From: Nitrosopumilaceae archaeon
GTDB taxonomy: Archaea; Thermoproteota; Nitrososphaeria; Nitrososphaerales; Nitrosopumilaceae
Reading direction: 5' to 3'
NCBI GenBank assembly: GCA_965203465.1
Contig: CBDBCR010000001.1
Location: forward strand, 1 to 64,000
DNA: 64,000 nt
The translations under genes and the position numbers were made by a program. Each line of letters starts with the position of its first letter. Within the stretch, counting starts at the first letter, position 1. The notes beneath the pieces were generated by a model. It was not told the DNA's origin. It worked only from the letters and a program-made list of their open reading frames with translations, and did no database searches. Shown here piece after piece: positions 20,442 to 31,088 of the stretch.

Positions 20442-21857
20442 GTGCCCTCTTTCGAAGAGATGATAGGGATACTGCTGGCCCAAAAGCCGGGGGTCACGCG
20501 CGGGCAGATAGACGAAAAGATACGCGAAAAGAAGGAAAAGATCGGCGCGGGCTACCTCAACGACGAGGGCGCGGTATTCCTGGTGGCGGCCGACATGGGC
20601 GTCACGCTCCAGGAGGTCCAGACCCTCGAGACGTCCGCCGTCAAGGATCTGCAGGCGGGCGCAAAGGACGTCTCGATAAACGCGAGGGTCATGTGCGTCT
20701 CGCCGGTCAGGAACCTGACCAAAAAGGACGGCTCGCCGCTGATGCTGCGCACCATGGCCGTCTACGACGGCACGGCTCCTGCCGTGACCGTCAAGCTGTG
20801 GGACGAAAAGGCGCAGATGCCCGGCCTCGACGGCCTAAAGCCGGGCGATCCGGTCCGGATAACCAGGGCGTACGTGCGCGCCGACAGGAACGGCGAGACG
20901 ACGGTCAACGTCGGCTCGGGCGGCGCCGTCGAGCGCGACCCCGAGGAGAGCCCGATAAAGGGCATAGACTCCGTGACAAAGGACGTGAGCTTGGCAGAAG
21001 ACGGCGAATCGAACATCGCCGTCTCGGGGGCCCTGGACGGGCCCATCTCGCCGTTCAGGTTCACCAACCAGCGCGGCGAGCAGTCCGAGGCGCTGCGCGT
21101 CTTCCTCAAGGGATCGGACGGCAAGCCGTACAGGACCGTGATCTGGGGCAGGGACGACAGGGGCGTGCCCAAGATGGTAAAGGAGGGGGCCAGCGTAAAG
21201 ATGTACGGCGTGCGCGCGAGGCAGGGCCAGCGCGGCGTCGAGATCTCGGGCAACGACTCCACCGTGCTGCAAATAGACGGCACCGACGACATCTCGGCGG
21301 TGCCGGTGCGCATAATCTCGGCCGCCAGGTCCTCGGCGGGCGAGCGCCTGATACTGGGCGCCACAAAGGAGGGCAGGGTGGTCTCCATAACCGACACCGG
21401 CGGGGTCGCGGACAGCTGCGTGGAGGGCGACGCGGTGGAGCTGATGCCGTCCTCGGCGCACGCCGGCGCCATACGCCTGGAATCGGACGCGCTGGCAAGG
21501 AAGATAGACGACGAGACGCTGCCGGGCAGGGACGAGGTGCGCACCAAGATAGGCGAGATAGAAGAGGGCGGCAACCTGTGCGTGGAGGTGGCCGTGGTGC
21601 GCAAGAACGGCGAGCGCACGGTCCAGACGCGCAACGGCGAGACGCGCATATCGGACATGGTGGTCGGCGACGACACCGGCAACAGGACGGTGGCCGGCTG
21701 GCGCGACCAGGCCGACCTGGTGGAATCGTGCGAGATAGGCGCCGTCTACTACATCACCGGCCTGATAGCAAAGCCGGGCATGGAGGGCAGGCTGGACCTT
21801 ACCATGACTCAGTTTTCGGCGGTGACCCCGAGGGCCTCGACGCGCAAGCTCGACTAG
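20442..21857 (+). CDS. rpa: Replication protein A / multi-OB-fold ssDNA-binding protein
   Basis: GAGYLNDEGAVFLVA N-terminus; repeated OB folds (VKLWD, VGDDTG). Confidence 0.85.
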   Translation: MPSFEEMIGILLAQKPGVTRGQIDEKIREKKEKIGAGYLNDEGAVFLVAADMGVTLQEVQTLETSAVKDLQAGAKDVSINARVMCVSPVRNLTKKDGSPLMLRTMAVYDGTAPAVTVKLWDEKAQMPGLDGLKPGDPVRITRAYVRADRNGETTVNVGSGGAVERDPEESPIKGIDSVTKDVSLAEDGESNIAVSGALDGPISPFRFTNQRGEQSEALRVFLKGSDGKPYRTVIWGRDDRGVPKMVKEGASVKMYGVRARQGQRGVEISGNDSTVLQIDGTDDISAVPVRIISAARSSAGERLILGATKEGRVVSITDTGGVADSCVEGDAVELMPSSAHAGAIRLESDALARKIDDETLPGRDEVRTKIGEIEEGGNLCVEVAVVRKNGERTVQTRNGETRISDMVVGDDTGNRTVAGWRDQADLVESCEIGAVYYITGLIAKPGMEGRLDLTMTQFSAVTPRASTRKLD

Positions 21858-24550
21858 TCCCAGAACCCGCGCGTCATCACGTACTGCCTCTCGGCCTCGT
21901 AGATCTGCCGGTACATGCCGTCCTCGTCCATCAGGTCGCGCAGTATGCGCGCGGCCGTGTCCGCGCCGACCCCGTACCCCGAGAGCACCACCAGCGCGGG
22001 CGGCCCGAACTCGCCCAGGAGCGAGGCGGTCTTCCACGCCCTCTTGAACCGGTGCCGCTCTTCTGCCGTGAGGCGCGCGCCCGAGGCGTTGCGCCTGACC
22101 AGCTCGGGCAGGTCCGTGTCCGCGTAGTACGTCGCCCCGACCTGCCTGCCCCTGCAGCGCGGGCACGCGGGCACGCGCTCCAGTTTTCCAGATTCGACGG
22201 AGCGCTCCCACCTGCCGCACCTCATGCAGACGAGCCTGTGCTTTGTCTTTAGCAGCCTGTCGCGCACCATGTCCATTATGCCCTTGTCCACGCTCGACGG
22301 GTTGGACGAGTAGTACCTGTTGGCGTGGTCCAGTATCGGCTCGGCCAGCGGCGAAAAGCCGGCGAGCCGGCGCCAGCTGAAAGATATGCGGCCCGCGCGC
22401 AGATCCGCCAGCACCCCTTCGGTCCCGGCGATGTCGTACTTTTCGTGCAGCAGGCCGCGCAGCGCCTCGCGGGCCAGCGGCGTGCCCGCGTGCCTCTCGT
22501 AGAGGAACCGGGCCGAGCGCCTCTCGTATACCGCGCCGCGCTCGACCATGCCGAACTTTTTGGCCGCGCACCAGGCGGCCCAATTCACGCTGTGCGTGCC
22601 CGAAAGGGACACCGAGAGCACGTCTTCCAGGTCGTACTCGTCGGTCAGCGCGCCGAGCAGGAGCTTTTCGGTTATGCGCCCGCGCGGGCTCAAGGCTATC
22701 CGGTACGCGTCGGACCTGCCGTCGACGGGCGAGCCCAGCGAGGCCGAGAGCAGCGAGGTGAGCACGGCAGAGAGCGTGGAGTTTATGCGGGTGCCGAAGC
22801 ACGCGTGCACCACGACGGTGCCGTCGGCGCCGGCAGATTCGGCCACCACGTGCTCGTGGTCCGCCGCATCCGGGCCGCCGGCTTCCGATCGCAGCCTGCC
22901 CACCCCGGCCGCCGTGGCGAGCTCGACGGGTATGGTCTCGCCCTCCCAGTAGGGCACCCGCACCTGGCCGCCCCGGACCGGCTCGACGTTGACCGTCAGG
23001 GCCGGCTCGTCGGTGCTGACTATGCGCCACTGGGAGCCGCGCAGCACGAACGCGCTGCCCGGCTCGCCGTGGTCCCCGACGAACCTCTGGTCCAGGGTCC
23101 CGATGAAGCGCTTGGCGGCCACGTCGAGCACGCGGAACCGCAGTATGTCCGGTATGGTGGACAGGTTCTCAAAGTGGTACCTGATGGACCGGGGGCCGCG
23201 CCGGTATGACATGTCTTTGCGGTCCAGCGATATGAGGCGGCTCGAATCGAGCAGCTCGAGCACCGACATGAGCGCGTCCCCGTCTAGCGACCTGTACGGG
23301 TGCGCGCCGGAAAACAGGCGCAGCGCCGCCCCGACGGGCACGCGGCCCACCTGCATGGCCAGGCCGACTGCGTGGTGGGCCAGCACCCCGAGCGGGGCCT
23401 CGTGCGGGCGCTGCTCCTCCATGCCGCCCTCCTGCACGCGCCGCAGTATCGCGCGCGCCTCCAGCTCGTCGTCGGCGCTGTTGGCCACGATGATGCCGCG
23501 CGCCGGGGACCCGCCGGCGTGCCTGCTCCTGCCTATCCTCTGGACGAGCTTGGAGGCCTGCCGGGGCGAGCCGTAGTGTATCACGAGGTCGACTGCGCCG
23601 ATGTCGAGGCCCAGCTCCAGCGAGGAGGTGCAGACGACTATTTGGGGCGAGCCGGAGCGCAGCGATTCTTCGGCCTCTTGGCGCACCTCGCGCGAGAGCG
23701 AGCCGTGGTGCAGGTCCACGCGCAGCGACGAGCGCTCGCGAAGCGCCGAGGCGAGGAACTCGGCCTCGCCGCGCGTGTTGGAAAACAGCAGCACCGGCGA
23801 GCCCGGCGCCCTCCCCCGCACGTGCGCGGCTATGGCATCGGCCGCGTCGGTGATGGTCCCCTTTACGCGCTCTATCCGCACGTCGTAGCCGCGCGCGGCC
23901 GGGTCGCGCGCCACCTCGCATCCGCGGGACGCGCCGGCCACGAACGCGGCGGCCGCCTCCGGATCGGCGAGGGTGGCCGAGAGGCCCACGCGCGCCACCC
24001 TTCTGCGCGAGTTGAGCTGGAGCCTCTCGAGGCTCAGCGAGAGCTGCGAGCCGCGCTCGCTGGGCAGCAGCTCGTGGACCTCGTCTATTACGGCCCACTC
24101 CAGCTCCGAAAGGGCCTCGAGGTAGGCCGGCTGGCTGAGTAGCACCACGAGCGTCTCGGGCGTCGTTATCAGCACGTCGGGGGGATCGCGCGATATCTTG
24201 CGGCGCTCGGACTGCGTGGTGTCGCCGTGGCGCACGGCGAGCGTGAGCGATTCGGATTCTGCGTACTTTGTTATGCGGCGGAACACGTCGCGGTTGAGCG
24301 CGCGCAGCGGCGTGACGTACAGCACCTTGGTGCGCCCCTTTTCCCGCGAGCCGCGCGCCATCCGGAATATCGGGATCACCGAGGATTCGGTCTTGCCCGA
24401 GCCGGTCGGCGCCACGAGCAGGCAGTTGCGGCGCGCCGATATCAGCGGCAGCGCCAGGGACTGTATCGGGGTGAGCTTTTCTAGGCCCGCGTCGCGGAAA
24501 GCCGACTCTATGCTTTCGCCCCGCCGCGCGCCGGGCGCCTCAGCTGCCAC
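21854..24550 (-). CDS. lhr: Lhr-family DEAD/H helicase
   Basis: APTGSGKT, PLRALNRD, DEVH, SSLELGLDIG, QRIGRS; C-terminal Zn finger. Confidence 0.9.
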   Translation of the reverse strand: MAAEAPGARRGESIESAFRDAGLEKLTPIQSLALPLISARRNCLLVAPTGSGKTESSVIPIFRMARGSREKGRTKVLYVTPLRALNRDVFRRITKYAESESLTLAVRHGDTTQSERRKISRDPPDVLITTPETLVVLLSQPAYLEALSELEWAVIDEVHELLPSERGSQLSLSLERLQLNSRRRVARVGLSATLADPEAAAAFVAGASRGCEVARDPAARGYDVRIERVKGTITDAADAIAAHVRGRAPGSPVLLFSNTRGEAEFLASALRERSSLRVDLHHGSLSREVRQEAEESLRSGSPQIVVCTSSLELGLDIGAVDLVIHYGSPRQASKLVQRIGRSRHAGGSPARGIIVANSADDELEARAILRRVQEGGMEEQRPHEAPLGVLAHHAVGLAMQVGRVPVGAALRLFSGAHPYRSLDGDALMSVLELLDSSRLISLDRKDMSYRRGPRSIRYHFENLSTIPDILRFRVLDVAAKRFIGTLDQRFVGDHGEPGSAFVLRGSQWRIVSTDEPALTVNVEPVRGGQVRVPYWEGETIPVELATAAGVGRLRSEAGGPDAADHEHVVAESAGADGTVVVHACFGTRINSTLSAVLTSLLSASLGSPVDGRSDAYRIALSPRGRITEKLLLGALTDEYDLEDVLSVSLSGTHSVNWAAWCAAKKFGMVERGAVYERRSARFLYERHAGTPLAREALRGLLHEKYDIAGTEGVLADLRAGRISFSWRRLAGFSPLAEPILDHANRYYSSNPSSVDKGIMDMVRDRLLKTKHRLVCMRCGRWERSVESGKLERVPACPRCRGRQVGATYYADTDLPELVRRNASGARLTAEERHRFKRAWKTASLLGEFGPPALVVLSGYGVGADTAARILRDLMDEDGMYRQIYEAERQYVMTRGFWD

Positions 24551-25178
24551 TTGGCTGCAAGAGGCCGCCGAGCAAATAATTGTTGTCGGCGCGCAGGCCG
24601 CCTCTGCGTATCTCAAAGCCGCCGCCCCAGCCGGCGAACGCAGTCGAGCAGCTGCACCTGCGCGCGTCCGGGCCGCCGCGCCCGGCCGGCTCCCGCCAGA
24701 GCCGGACGCGCACGTGCGAAAACAGGTCGAGCACGTCCTCGTACTCGGGGCCGGAGCAGAACACGGCGGCGGCCTTTCCGCCGCGCGCCGCCAGGGCCAG
24801 GCGCCGCACGTGCCCGTAAAAGAGCCGCTCGCGCTCGCGGCGCGCCGAGGCGCGCGGGTACTCGAACGATATCAGGTCCGCCGCGTCGTCCGATACCAGG
24901 AGCGAGGCGCCGGCGCCGTCCGCTGCCAGCTGCTCCGATACGTTGGTGGCGCGGTGGACCGTCACGAGGTCGGCGTCGGCGCCCATCTGTTCCAGGCGCT
25001 CGGGGCGCAGCGAGCCCGAGATGTCCTGGAAAAAGACGCGCCCGCCGCGCGAGCTGGCGCGGGCGGCAAGCTGCATGGCAAGCTGCGTCTTGCCCGAGCC
25101 GCTCGGGCCCGAGACGCCCAGCAACAGGCCGGGGCGCGCAAGGTCCGCGAGCGGAGATGGCCGCGCGCCGGGGGTCAC
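24540..25178 (-). CDS. RadA/RadB-like RecA-fold ATPase paralog
   Basis: GPSGSGKTQLAMQ, D..GSLRPERL; lacks RadA N-terminal domain. Confidence 0.75.
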   Translation of the reverse strand: MTPGARPSPLADLARPGLLLGVSGPSGSGKTQLAMQLAARASSRGGRVFFQDISGSLRPERLEQMGADADLVTVHRATNVSEQLAADGAGASLLVSDDAADLISFEYPRASARRERERLFYGHVRRLALAARGGKAAAVFCSGPEYEDVLDLFSHVRVRLWREPAGRGGPDARRCSCSTAFAGWGGGFEIRRGGLRADNNYLLGGLLQPSGS

Positions 25179-27463
25179 CGCTGCGCCTCCGTGCTAGGCG
25201 CTTGCCCCGCGGCGTTCGAATCGTGGCTTTGTGTTTCCAGATCCGGGTATTTCTCGAACACCTCGTCGATGAACTCCTGTGGGAATCCCTCTAGGCTTTT
25301 TCGGACATCCTCGAAAGGCTCGACATAATCCCGCAAAAACTCGTACAGAGCATCGTCTATTATAGGCGGCTCGTCCGACGGTGTGTGGATCGCTACGCTG
25401 AAGTTGCGACGTTCGCCTTCGCCGTGCGCCGCGTCAGCCACGGGTTGTTCGTCGAGCAACGTCACAATCCCATACTCATCAGTTTCCAACCACCTATACG
25501 CCTGAGTTAGACCGACTTTGGCAAACAGTATTGCTCCCTCACCGTTTACGGGCTCGTTGATTCTGAACCTTATCTCATCCTGTTGCCACACTTCGTAATC
25601 CACGTCTACCAGTTTTGCTGTACGATGTTGTGAGTATTCGTAAGGCGTACCACTATGGCCAACGCTAGTGTGTACTGTACCAAATTCCTTGCTGATCACC
25701 TCAATACCCTCGCCAAACGCAAAGCTCACGTCTACTTCGAACGAGTCGGGCAACAGATACGCGCGCGGCACCGTAGAGTACGTGTAGTTGAGGTAGATGG
25801 AATATTCTTGGCCCACCTTCATCTGTGATGGATAGTCAAAGATCACCGTCGGCCACCCGTATTCGACCGGCGCTGAGTGGTCAGGAGGCGCAAAGTCGCT
25901 CGAATTGATGATGGTGCGGCCGTCCGGCGGCAGGACAATCGTCCAGCCTCGGTCTGCCAGTTTTTGGGCGGTCGGCTCGGTCACGCACGCGGGATCCGCC
26001 CCGGGCGATTCGACCAGCACCAAAGAGTGGTTGCACCGTATGGCTTCCAGCGGTATGCCGTCTAGGCGCTGACTCTGCGGTTGCTGTACGGTTGTCGGTT
26101 GCAGTTGAGACTCGGCCTCTTGATCAGACGTTTGCGGATCGCCGATGACTACCGCTTGCGCCTCTTCTTCCGTGTAGTTCTGGTATTCTACGAAAAACTC
26201 GCGTATGTCATCTTCCGCGTATCCCCACCGCTGAAGTATCTCTACGGCATAAAACTCATCGTACATGGCCATTGTGCTCTTTATGTCCAAGCTGGCCGCC
26301 TGATCCTGCGCATAGTCCAGATGGTCTACAAGGAACTCCCGTATGGAATCCGGCTCATAGTGGCGCCGTATGAGGTCGCCGACGATGCGGTCCTCTGACC
26401 ACTCGTCGTACCGATCATGCTTGTATATGGATGCCAGCAAGCTTTCCATGTCTGTCTGTTCGACCAGTTCGGGATCATACTTCATGTATTCCAGCAAAAA
26501 GTAACGAACTTTGCCTTCCAAGTATCCCAAGTCTAACATGTCACGAGCCACATCGATCTCTGTGGATTCGGTTCCGACGTAGTATTGTGCGGTCTCTGTA
26601 AACCAGTCCCGTTCCATCTCTTCTTCGGTGCGGAGGTCCTCAAACGGCGGCTCTGGTGGGGCGTATGGATATCGTACTTCTCCCTCCCAAATGTGTGCAG
26701 AGGCGGCAGCCTCAGCCGCCCAGAGGTCATCAAGGTACGTCTGTCCAGTATTTACGTATTCGTAATACGGCATTGATTTCTCGTAAGAAGCTGCCACCGG
26801 CTCTACCAAAATGTCGCCGTCGAATCCCCTCATGCTGACATGGGCCACCCCTTCCCGGAGTATCTCAAGCTTGGCCTTAAGGATGTACGCCACTTCGGGA
26901 GCTGCCACGACCGTAGTTGTTTCAAAGTCGTACGGTGCGAACGTGTCTTCGTCCCCCGTCTCGATGTTGGCGACGATGTCAAATACCCGATACCGGTCTG
27001 GTTCGGCAGATGTGATGTCGATCTTGACTAGCGGATATCCGTCTTGGCCAAAAAACTCCGGAGGTCTCTCGCCATAGTCTGTCATGACGGTCAGATCGAC
27101 GATCTCCCCGACGACAGGGTACTTGGACAGCTCCAACGTTGTGTTGGGGTGTGCCAAATAACGTTCCGGTGCAGACGCAATCAAAGGGCGGCCGCTATTG
27201 TTTGCCTCCGTGCCGTTTGCGTGCGATTGCAAAACGAGTTCCAATCCACGACTCTCCAGTACTGTAGATGCGGATGTGGACACGCAGGCGGGCCCGCCGC
27301 CGGGCGACACCAGCAGCGCAAAGTCGCCGCTGCACGACACCTCGCGGGGTTCGGCGCCCTGCCACAGCTGTTCTAGCGGATCCGATGCGCTCAAGGCATA
27401 GGCCGTAGGCAGTATCGCAATGCATAGTCCGAGTGCCAACAATCCGGTTTTGGCAATAGTCAT
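25175..27463 (-). CDS. Secreted acidic repeat protein (762 aa), lower GC
   Basis: Signal-peptide-like N-terminus; two C-x12-C (PACV...RG) modules; three helical repeats. Confidence 0.8.
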   Translation of the reverse strand: MTIAKTGLLALGLCIAILPTAYALSASDPLEQLWQGAEPREVSCSGDFALLVSPGGGPACVSTSASTVLESRGLELVLQSHANGTEANNSGRPLIASAPERYLAHPNTTLELSKYPVVGEIVDLTVMTDYGERPPEFFGQDGYPLVKIDITSAEPDRYRVFDIVANIETGDEDTFAPYDFETTTVVAAPEVAYILKAKLEILREGVAHVSMRGFDGDILVEPVAASYEKSMPYYEYVNTGQTYLDDLWAAEAAASAHIWEGEVRYPYAPPEPPFEDLRTEEEMERDWFTETAQYYVGTESTEIDVARDMLDLGYLEGKVRYFLLEYMKYDPELVEQTDMESLLASIYKHDRYDEWSEDRIVGDLIRRHYEPDSIREFLVDHLDYAQDQAASLDIKSTMAMYDEFYAVEILQRWGYAEDDIREFFVEYQNYTEEEAQAVVIGDPQTSDQEAESQLQPTTVQQPQSQRLDGIPLEAIRCNHSLVLVESPGADPACVTEPTAQKLADRGWTIVLPPDGRTIINSSDFAPPDHSAPVEYGWPTVIFDYPSQMKVGQEYSIYLNYTYSTVPRAYLLPDSFEVDVSFAFGEGIEVISKEFGTVHTSVGHSGTPYEYSQHRTAKLVDVDYEVWQQDEIRFRINEPVNGEGAILFAKVGLTQAYRWLETDEYGIVTLLDEQPVADAAHGEGERRNFSVAIHTPSDEPPIIDDALYEFLRDYVEPFEDVRKSLEGFPQEFIDEVFEKYPDLETQSHDSNAAGQAPSTEAQR

Positions 27464-27802
27464 TGTGCCCTCATGGGCATACTTACTAAAAAGAAAATCG
27501 TATCATGTGGGGTAACCGTATGCGCCAGGATGTGGTGATTCAGACCGTCGGCGCGATGGGGCCCCCTGCCGGATCTGGCAACGCCGACAGGTGCCCGCCT
27601 CTGCCTGCGCCAAGGAAAAACCAAGCCGCCGCGGACGCAACGCCCGCGGCCAAAGCACGGCCGCCTCCGGATCTTCGGCGCGCTCGCGCGCTCTCCCGCA
27701 CGCGGAATCGCGGCGGCGCCCCGTCGCGGCGGCAAGCCGGGCGCGCGAGCGATAAGGAAGGCTTTTATTCTAGCCCCCGCCTACGCGGCGCAAGTGAACT
27801 GA

Positions 27803-28045
27803 ATGTCCCAGTCGAACGCGAAAAGGCCCCTGACCACGCTGCAGCACAGCACCAGAAAGATGGTGATGGTGCGGCTAAAGAACGAGGTCGAATACAAGGG
27901 CAGGATGGACAACGTCGACTCCTACATGAACCTCATAATGACCGACGCCGAAGAGCAGCAGGAAGGCAAGACCGTGGCAAACTACGGGCGCGTCATAGTG
28001 CGCGGCAACAACGTCCTTTTCATAAAGCTGGAAAACGAGCTCTGA
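27803..28045 (+). CDS. Lsm/Sm-like protein
   Basis: D.YMNLI and IVRGNNV Sm motifs. Confidence 0.93.
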   Translation: MSQSNAKRPLTTLQHSTRKMVMVRLKNEVEYKGRMDNVDSYMNLIMTDAEEQQEGKTVANYGRVIVRGNNVLFIKLENEL

Positions 28046-28046
28046 C

Positions 28047-29207
28047 ATGTCCGGCAGGTTCCTGTTCACCTCAGAATCGGTCACCGAGGGCCACCCCGAC
28101 AAGCTCTGCGACCAGATATCCGACGCCGTCCTGGACGAGCTGCTCAAACAAGACCCGGAGTCGCACGCGGCCGTAGAGGCCATGGCCACTACCGGCTTCG
28201 TGGCCGTCGCCGGCGAGCTTGCGACAAAGGCCGACTTTGCCGGGCCCGACCAGGAAAAGACGGTGCGCGGCGTCATACGCTCCACGGGCTACGACGATCC
28301 GGCCCTCCTTTTCGACGCCGAATCCTGCAGAATAGACCTTCACCTCCACTCGCAGAGCCCCGACATCAGCATGGGCGTGACCGGCGGCAGCGAGCAGGGC
28401 GCCGGCGACCAGGGCCTCATGTTCGGGTACGCGACCGACGAGACGCCCGAGCTCATGCCGCTGCCCATACTGCTCGCCCACCGCATGACCGAAAGGATGG
28501 CCCAGGCGCGCAAGTCCGGCCGCCTGCCCTGGATGAGGCCCGACGGCAAGTCGCAGGTCTCGGTAATGTACGGCCCGCAGGGCCCCGAGAGCGTGCAGAC
28601 GCTGGTGCTCTCCACGCAGCACGCGCCGGACGCCGGCGCCGAGCAGATACGCGAGGCCCTCGTAAGGGAGGTCGCCGAACCCGCGTGCGGAAAGTGGTGG
28701 CACGACGGGATAAAGGTCCACGTCAACCCGACGGGGCGCTTCGAGATAGGCGGGCCCCATGGCGACGCCGGCCTCACGGGCAGAAAGATAATAGTCGACA
28801 CGTACGGGGGCGCCGGCAGGCACGGGGGCGGGGCGTTCTCGGGCAAGGACCCCTCAAAGGTGGACAGGTCCGCCTGCTACATGTGCAGGCACGTGGCAAA
28901 GAACGTCGTGGCCGCCGGCCTGGCCGCGCGGTGCGAGGTGCAGGTGGCATACGCCATCGGGGTCGCCGAGCCGGTCTCGCTGGCCGTCCAGACGTTCGGC
29001 ACCGGCAAGGTCCCCGAGCAGGACATAGAGTCGGCGGTCAGGAAAAACTTCGACATGAGGCCGTCGGGCATAATAGAGCACCTGCGCCTAAAGAGGCCCA
29101 TCTACAGAAAGACCGCATCGTACGGGCATTTCGGCAGGGACGATCCCGACTTTACCTGGGAAGAGACCGACCACGCCGGACAGCTCGCGCGCGACGCGGG
29201 CCTGTGA
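28047..29207 (+). CDS. metK: S-adenosylmethionine synthetase (bacterial type)
   Basis: [28 protein letters not shown]. Confidence 0.97.
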   Translation: MSGRFLFTSESVTEGHPDKLCDQISDAVLDELLKQDPESHAAVEAMATTGFVAVAGELATKADFAGPDQEKTVRGVIRSTGYDDPALLFDAESCRIDLHLHSQSPDISMGVTGGSEQGAGDQGLMFGYATDETPELMPLPILLAHRMTERMAQARKSGRLPWMRPDGKSQVSVMYGPQGPESVQTLVLSTQHAPDAGAEQIREALVREVAEPACGKWWHDGIKVHVNPTGRFEIGGPHGDAGLTGRKIIVDTYGGAGRHGGGAFSGKDPSKVDRSACYMCRHVAKNVVAAGLAARCEVQVAYAIGVAEPVSLAVQTFGTGKVPEQDIESAVRKNFDMRPSGIIEHLRLKRPIYRKTASYGHFGRDDPDFTWEETDHAGQLARDAGL

Positions 29208-29976
29208 CCGGCGAGAGGTCGGCGCCGTAGGCCCGGCGCAGCCTGCCGTAGTCGCCCTCGAAACCGCCCAGCAGTATGCACAGGTCGTCCACCGAGTACG
29301 GAAAATCGCCGGAGACGGCCGCGCGCAGCGCCTCGGCCAGGGGCACGCGCTCTATGCGCGCGTCCGGGTACCGGCGCGCGAACTGCCGGACGTATTCTGC
29401 GAACCGCACCCTGCGCGGCCCCACCAAGTCCAGCACGCGGCCTGCAAAGCGCCCCCCGCGCAGCGCCTTTTCGATCACCGAGACTGCGTCGTCCGCCAAG
29501 ACCGGCTGCATGCAGCCGCCGTCGCCCGGGACCAGTATCCTGCCGCGCCGCGCCTGCGCCCGCAGGCAGCGGCTCAGGTAGTCCTGCCCGCCCACGATGT
29601 ACGAGGGGCGCAGAACGGTGTACGGTATCCCGGACGAGCGCACCAGCTTTTCGGCCTCCAGTTTCGAGGCAAAGTACGCCGACGTGCTGCGCGCGGACAC
29701 GCCCAGCCCGCTCAGGTACACCAAGGTTTTCGCGCCCACCTCGGAGGCCGCGCGCGCCACCGCCTCGGTCACCTCTGCGTTTCCGTACCCCCGGCCGCCC
29801 GGCGAGCCGCTGCCGGCCAGGTGCGCCACCGCGTCGCACCCGCGCAGGGCGCGCGCGAGGCCGGCGCCGTACCCCGGGCGCGACACCGGGACGACGCGGC
29901 AGCTGCCGCGCAGCCTGTACATCAGGCGGCGCGCCACGAACCCCGACGCGCCGGTGACGGCGACTGCAAAGCCCAC
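29152..29976 (-). CDS. NAD-dependent epimerase/dehydratase (SDR)
   Basis: [17 protein letters not shown]. Confidence 0.85.
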   Translation of the reverse strand: MGFAVAVTGASGFVARRLMYRLRGSCRVVPVSRPGYGAGLARALRGCDAVAHLAGSGSPGGRGYGNAEVTEAVARAASEVGAKTLVYLSGLGVSARSTSAYFASKLEAEKLVRSSGIPYTVLRPSYIVGGQDYLSRCLRAQARRGRILVPGDGGCMQPVLADDAVSVIEKALRGGRFAGRVLDLVGPRRVRFAEYVRQFARRYPDARIERVPLAEALRAAVSGDFPYSVDDLCILLGGFEGDYGRLRRAYGADLSPVTGPRRARAVRRGRSLPR

Positions 29977-30027
29977 CTCCCGGCGGCGGCGGCGATCTGA
30001 TATATACAATCGCCGCAAAAGCGGGGC

Positions 30028-31056
30028 GTGCGCAACGGATACACCACCGGCTCGTGCGCGGCCGCCGCCGCAAAGGCGGCCCTGCTGGCCATGGGCGGCG
30101 CGGCGCCCGAAACCGTCTCGATAACGCTGCCCAGGGGCGACGCGCTCGAGATCCCCGTAAAAGAGTGCCGGGCCTCGGGCTCCCGGGCCAAGTGCGTCGT
30201 GGTAAAGGACGGCGGCGACGATCCGGACGTGACGCACGGCGCCGACATCGTCGTGGAGGTGGAGCTGATGCCGCCCGGCCCCGTCCTAATAGAGGGCGGC
30301 GAGGGCGTGGGCACCGTGACAAAGCCGGGCCTCGGCCTGGAGATAGGCGGCCCGGCCATAAACCCCGTCCCCAAAAAGATGATACTGGAAAATGCGGCGC
30401 CGCTGCTCGGCGGGCGCGGGGCGCGCGTGACCGTCTCGGTGCCCAAGGGGAAAGAACTGGCGCCAAAGACGGACAACCCCAGGCTGGGCATACTGGGCGG
30501 CATATCGATACTGGGGACCAGCGGCATAGTGGTGCCGTTCTCGACGGCCTCGTTCGCGGCGGCCATACGGCAGAGCGTCAGCGTGGCCTCGTCGGCCGGC
30601 GCCTCCGACATCGTCCTGACGACCGGCGGGCGGAGCGAGGAGTTCGCCTCCAAGATGTTCGATCTTCCCGACCACTGCTACATCCAGATGGGCGACTTTG
30701 CGGGGTACGCCGTCGGGCAGTGCGCCAAAAAGGGCCTGCGGCGCGTGCACGTGGCAGGCTTTGTCGGCAAGATGGCAAAGATGGCCGCCGGCGTAAAGCA
30801 GACGCACGTAAAGGGCTCCAAGGTGGACATGGGCATGCTAGCCGAGATCGCGCGCGGCTGCGGCGCGGCCTCGGCGGCCGACCGCATAGAAAAGGCCAAC
30901 ACGGCCCGGCACGCCCTCGAGATAGCCCAGGAAGAGGGCGCGGACGGGTTCTGCCAAGAGCTGTGCGGGCGCGCAAAGTCGGCCATGTCGGCCGACGGCG
31001 TGGAGCTGGACGTGATACTGTTCGGCTTTGACGGCACTATGCTGGCCAGGGCCTAA
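30028..31056 (+). CDS. cbiD: Cobalt-precorrin-5B methyltransferase
   Basis: GYTTGSCAAAA, KDGGDDPDVTHG, GILGGISILGT. Confidence 0.95.
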   Translation: MRNGYTTGSCAAAAAKAALLAMGGAAPETVSITLPRGDALEIPVKECRASGSRAKCVVVKDGGDDPDVTHGADIVVEVELMPPGPVLIEGGEGVGTVTKPGLGLEIGGPAINPVPKKMILENAAPLLGGRGARVTVSVPKGKELAPKTDNPRLGILGGISILGTSGIVVPFSTASFAAAIRQSVSVASSAGASDIVLTTGGRSEEFASKMFDLPDHCYIQMGDFAGYAVGQCAKKGLRRVHVAGFVGKMAKMAAGVKQTHVKGSKVDMGMLAEIARGCGAASAADRIEKANTARHALEIAQEEGADGFCQELCGRAKSAMSADGVELDVILFGFDGTMLARA

Positions 31057-31088
31057 AGACATTTTATCCCGGAGGGGGGCGCGGGGCC

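Noticed and set aside
28047-29207. Bacterial-type MetK (and DnaK/J/GrpE) as recent horizontal transfer
   Set aside because: Regarded as typical for this archaeal lineage; composition matches the backbone
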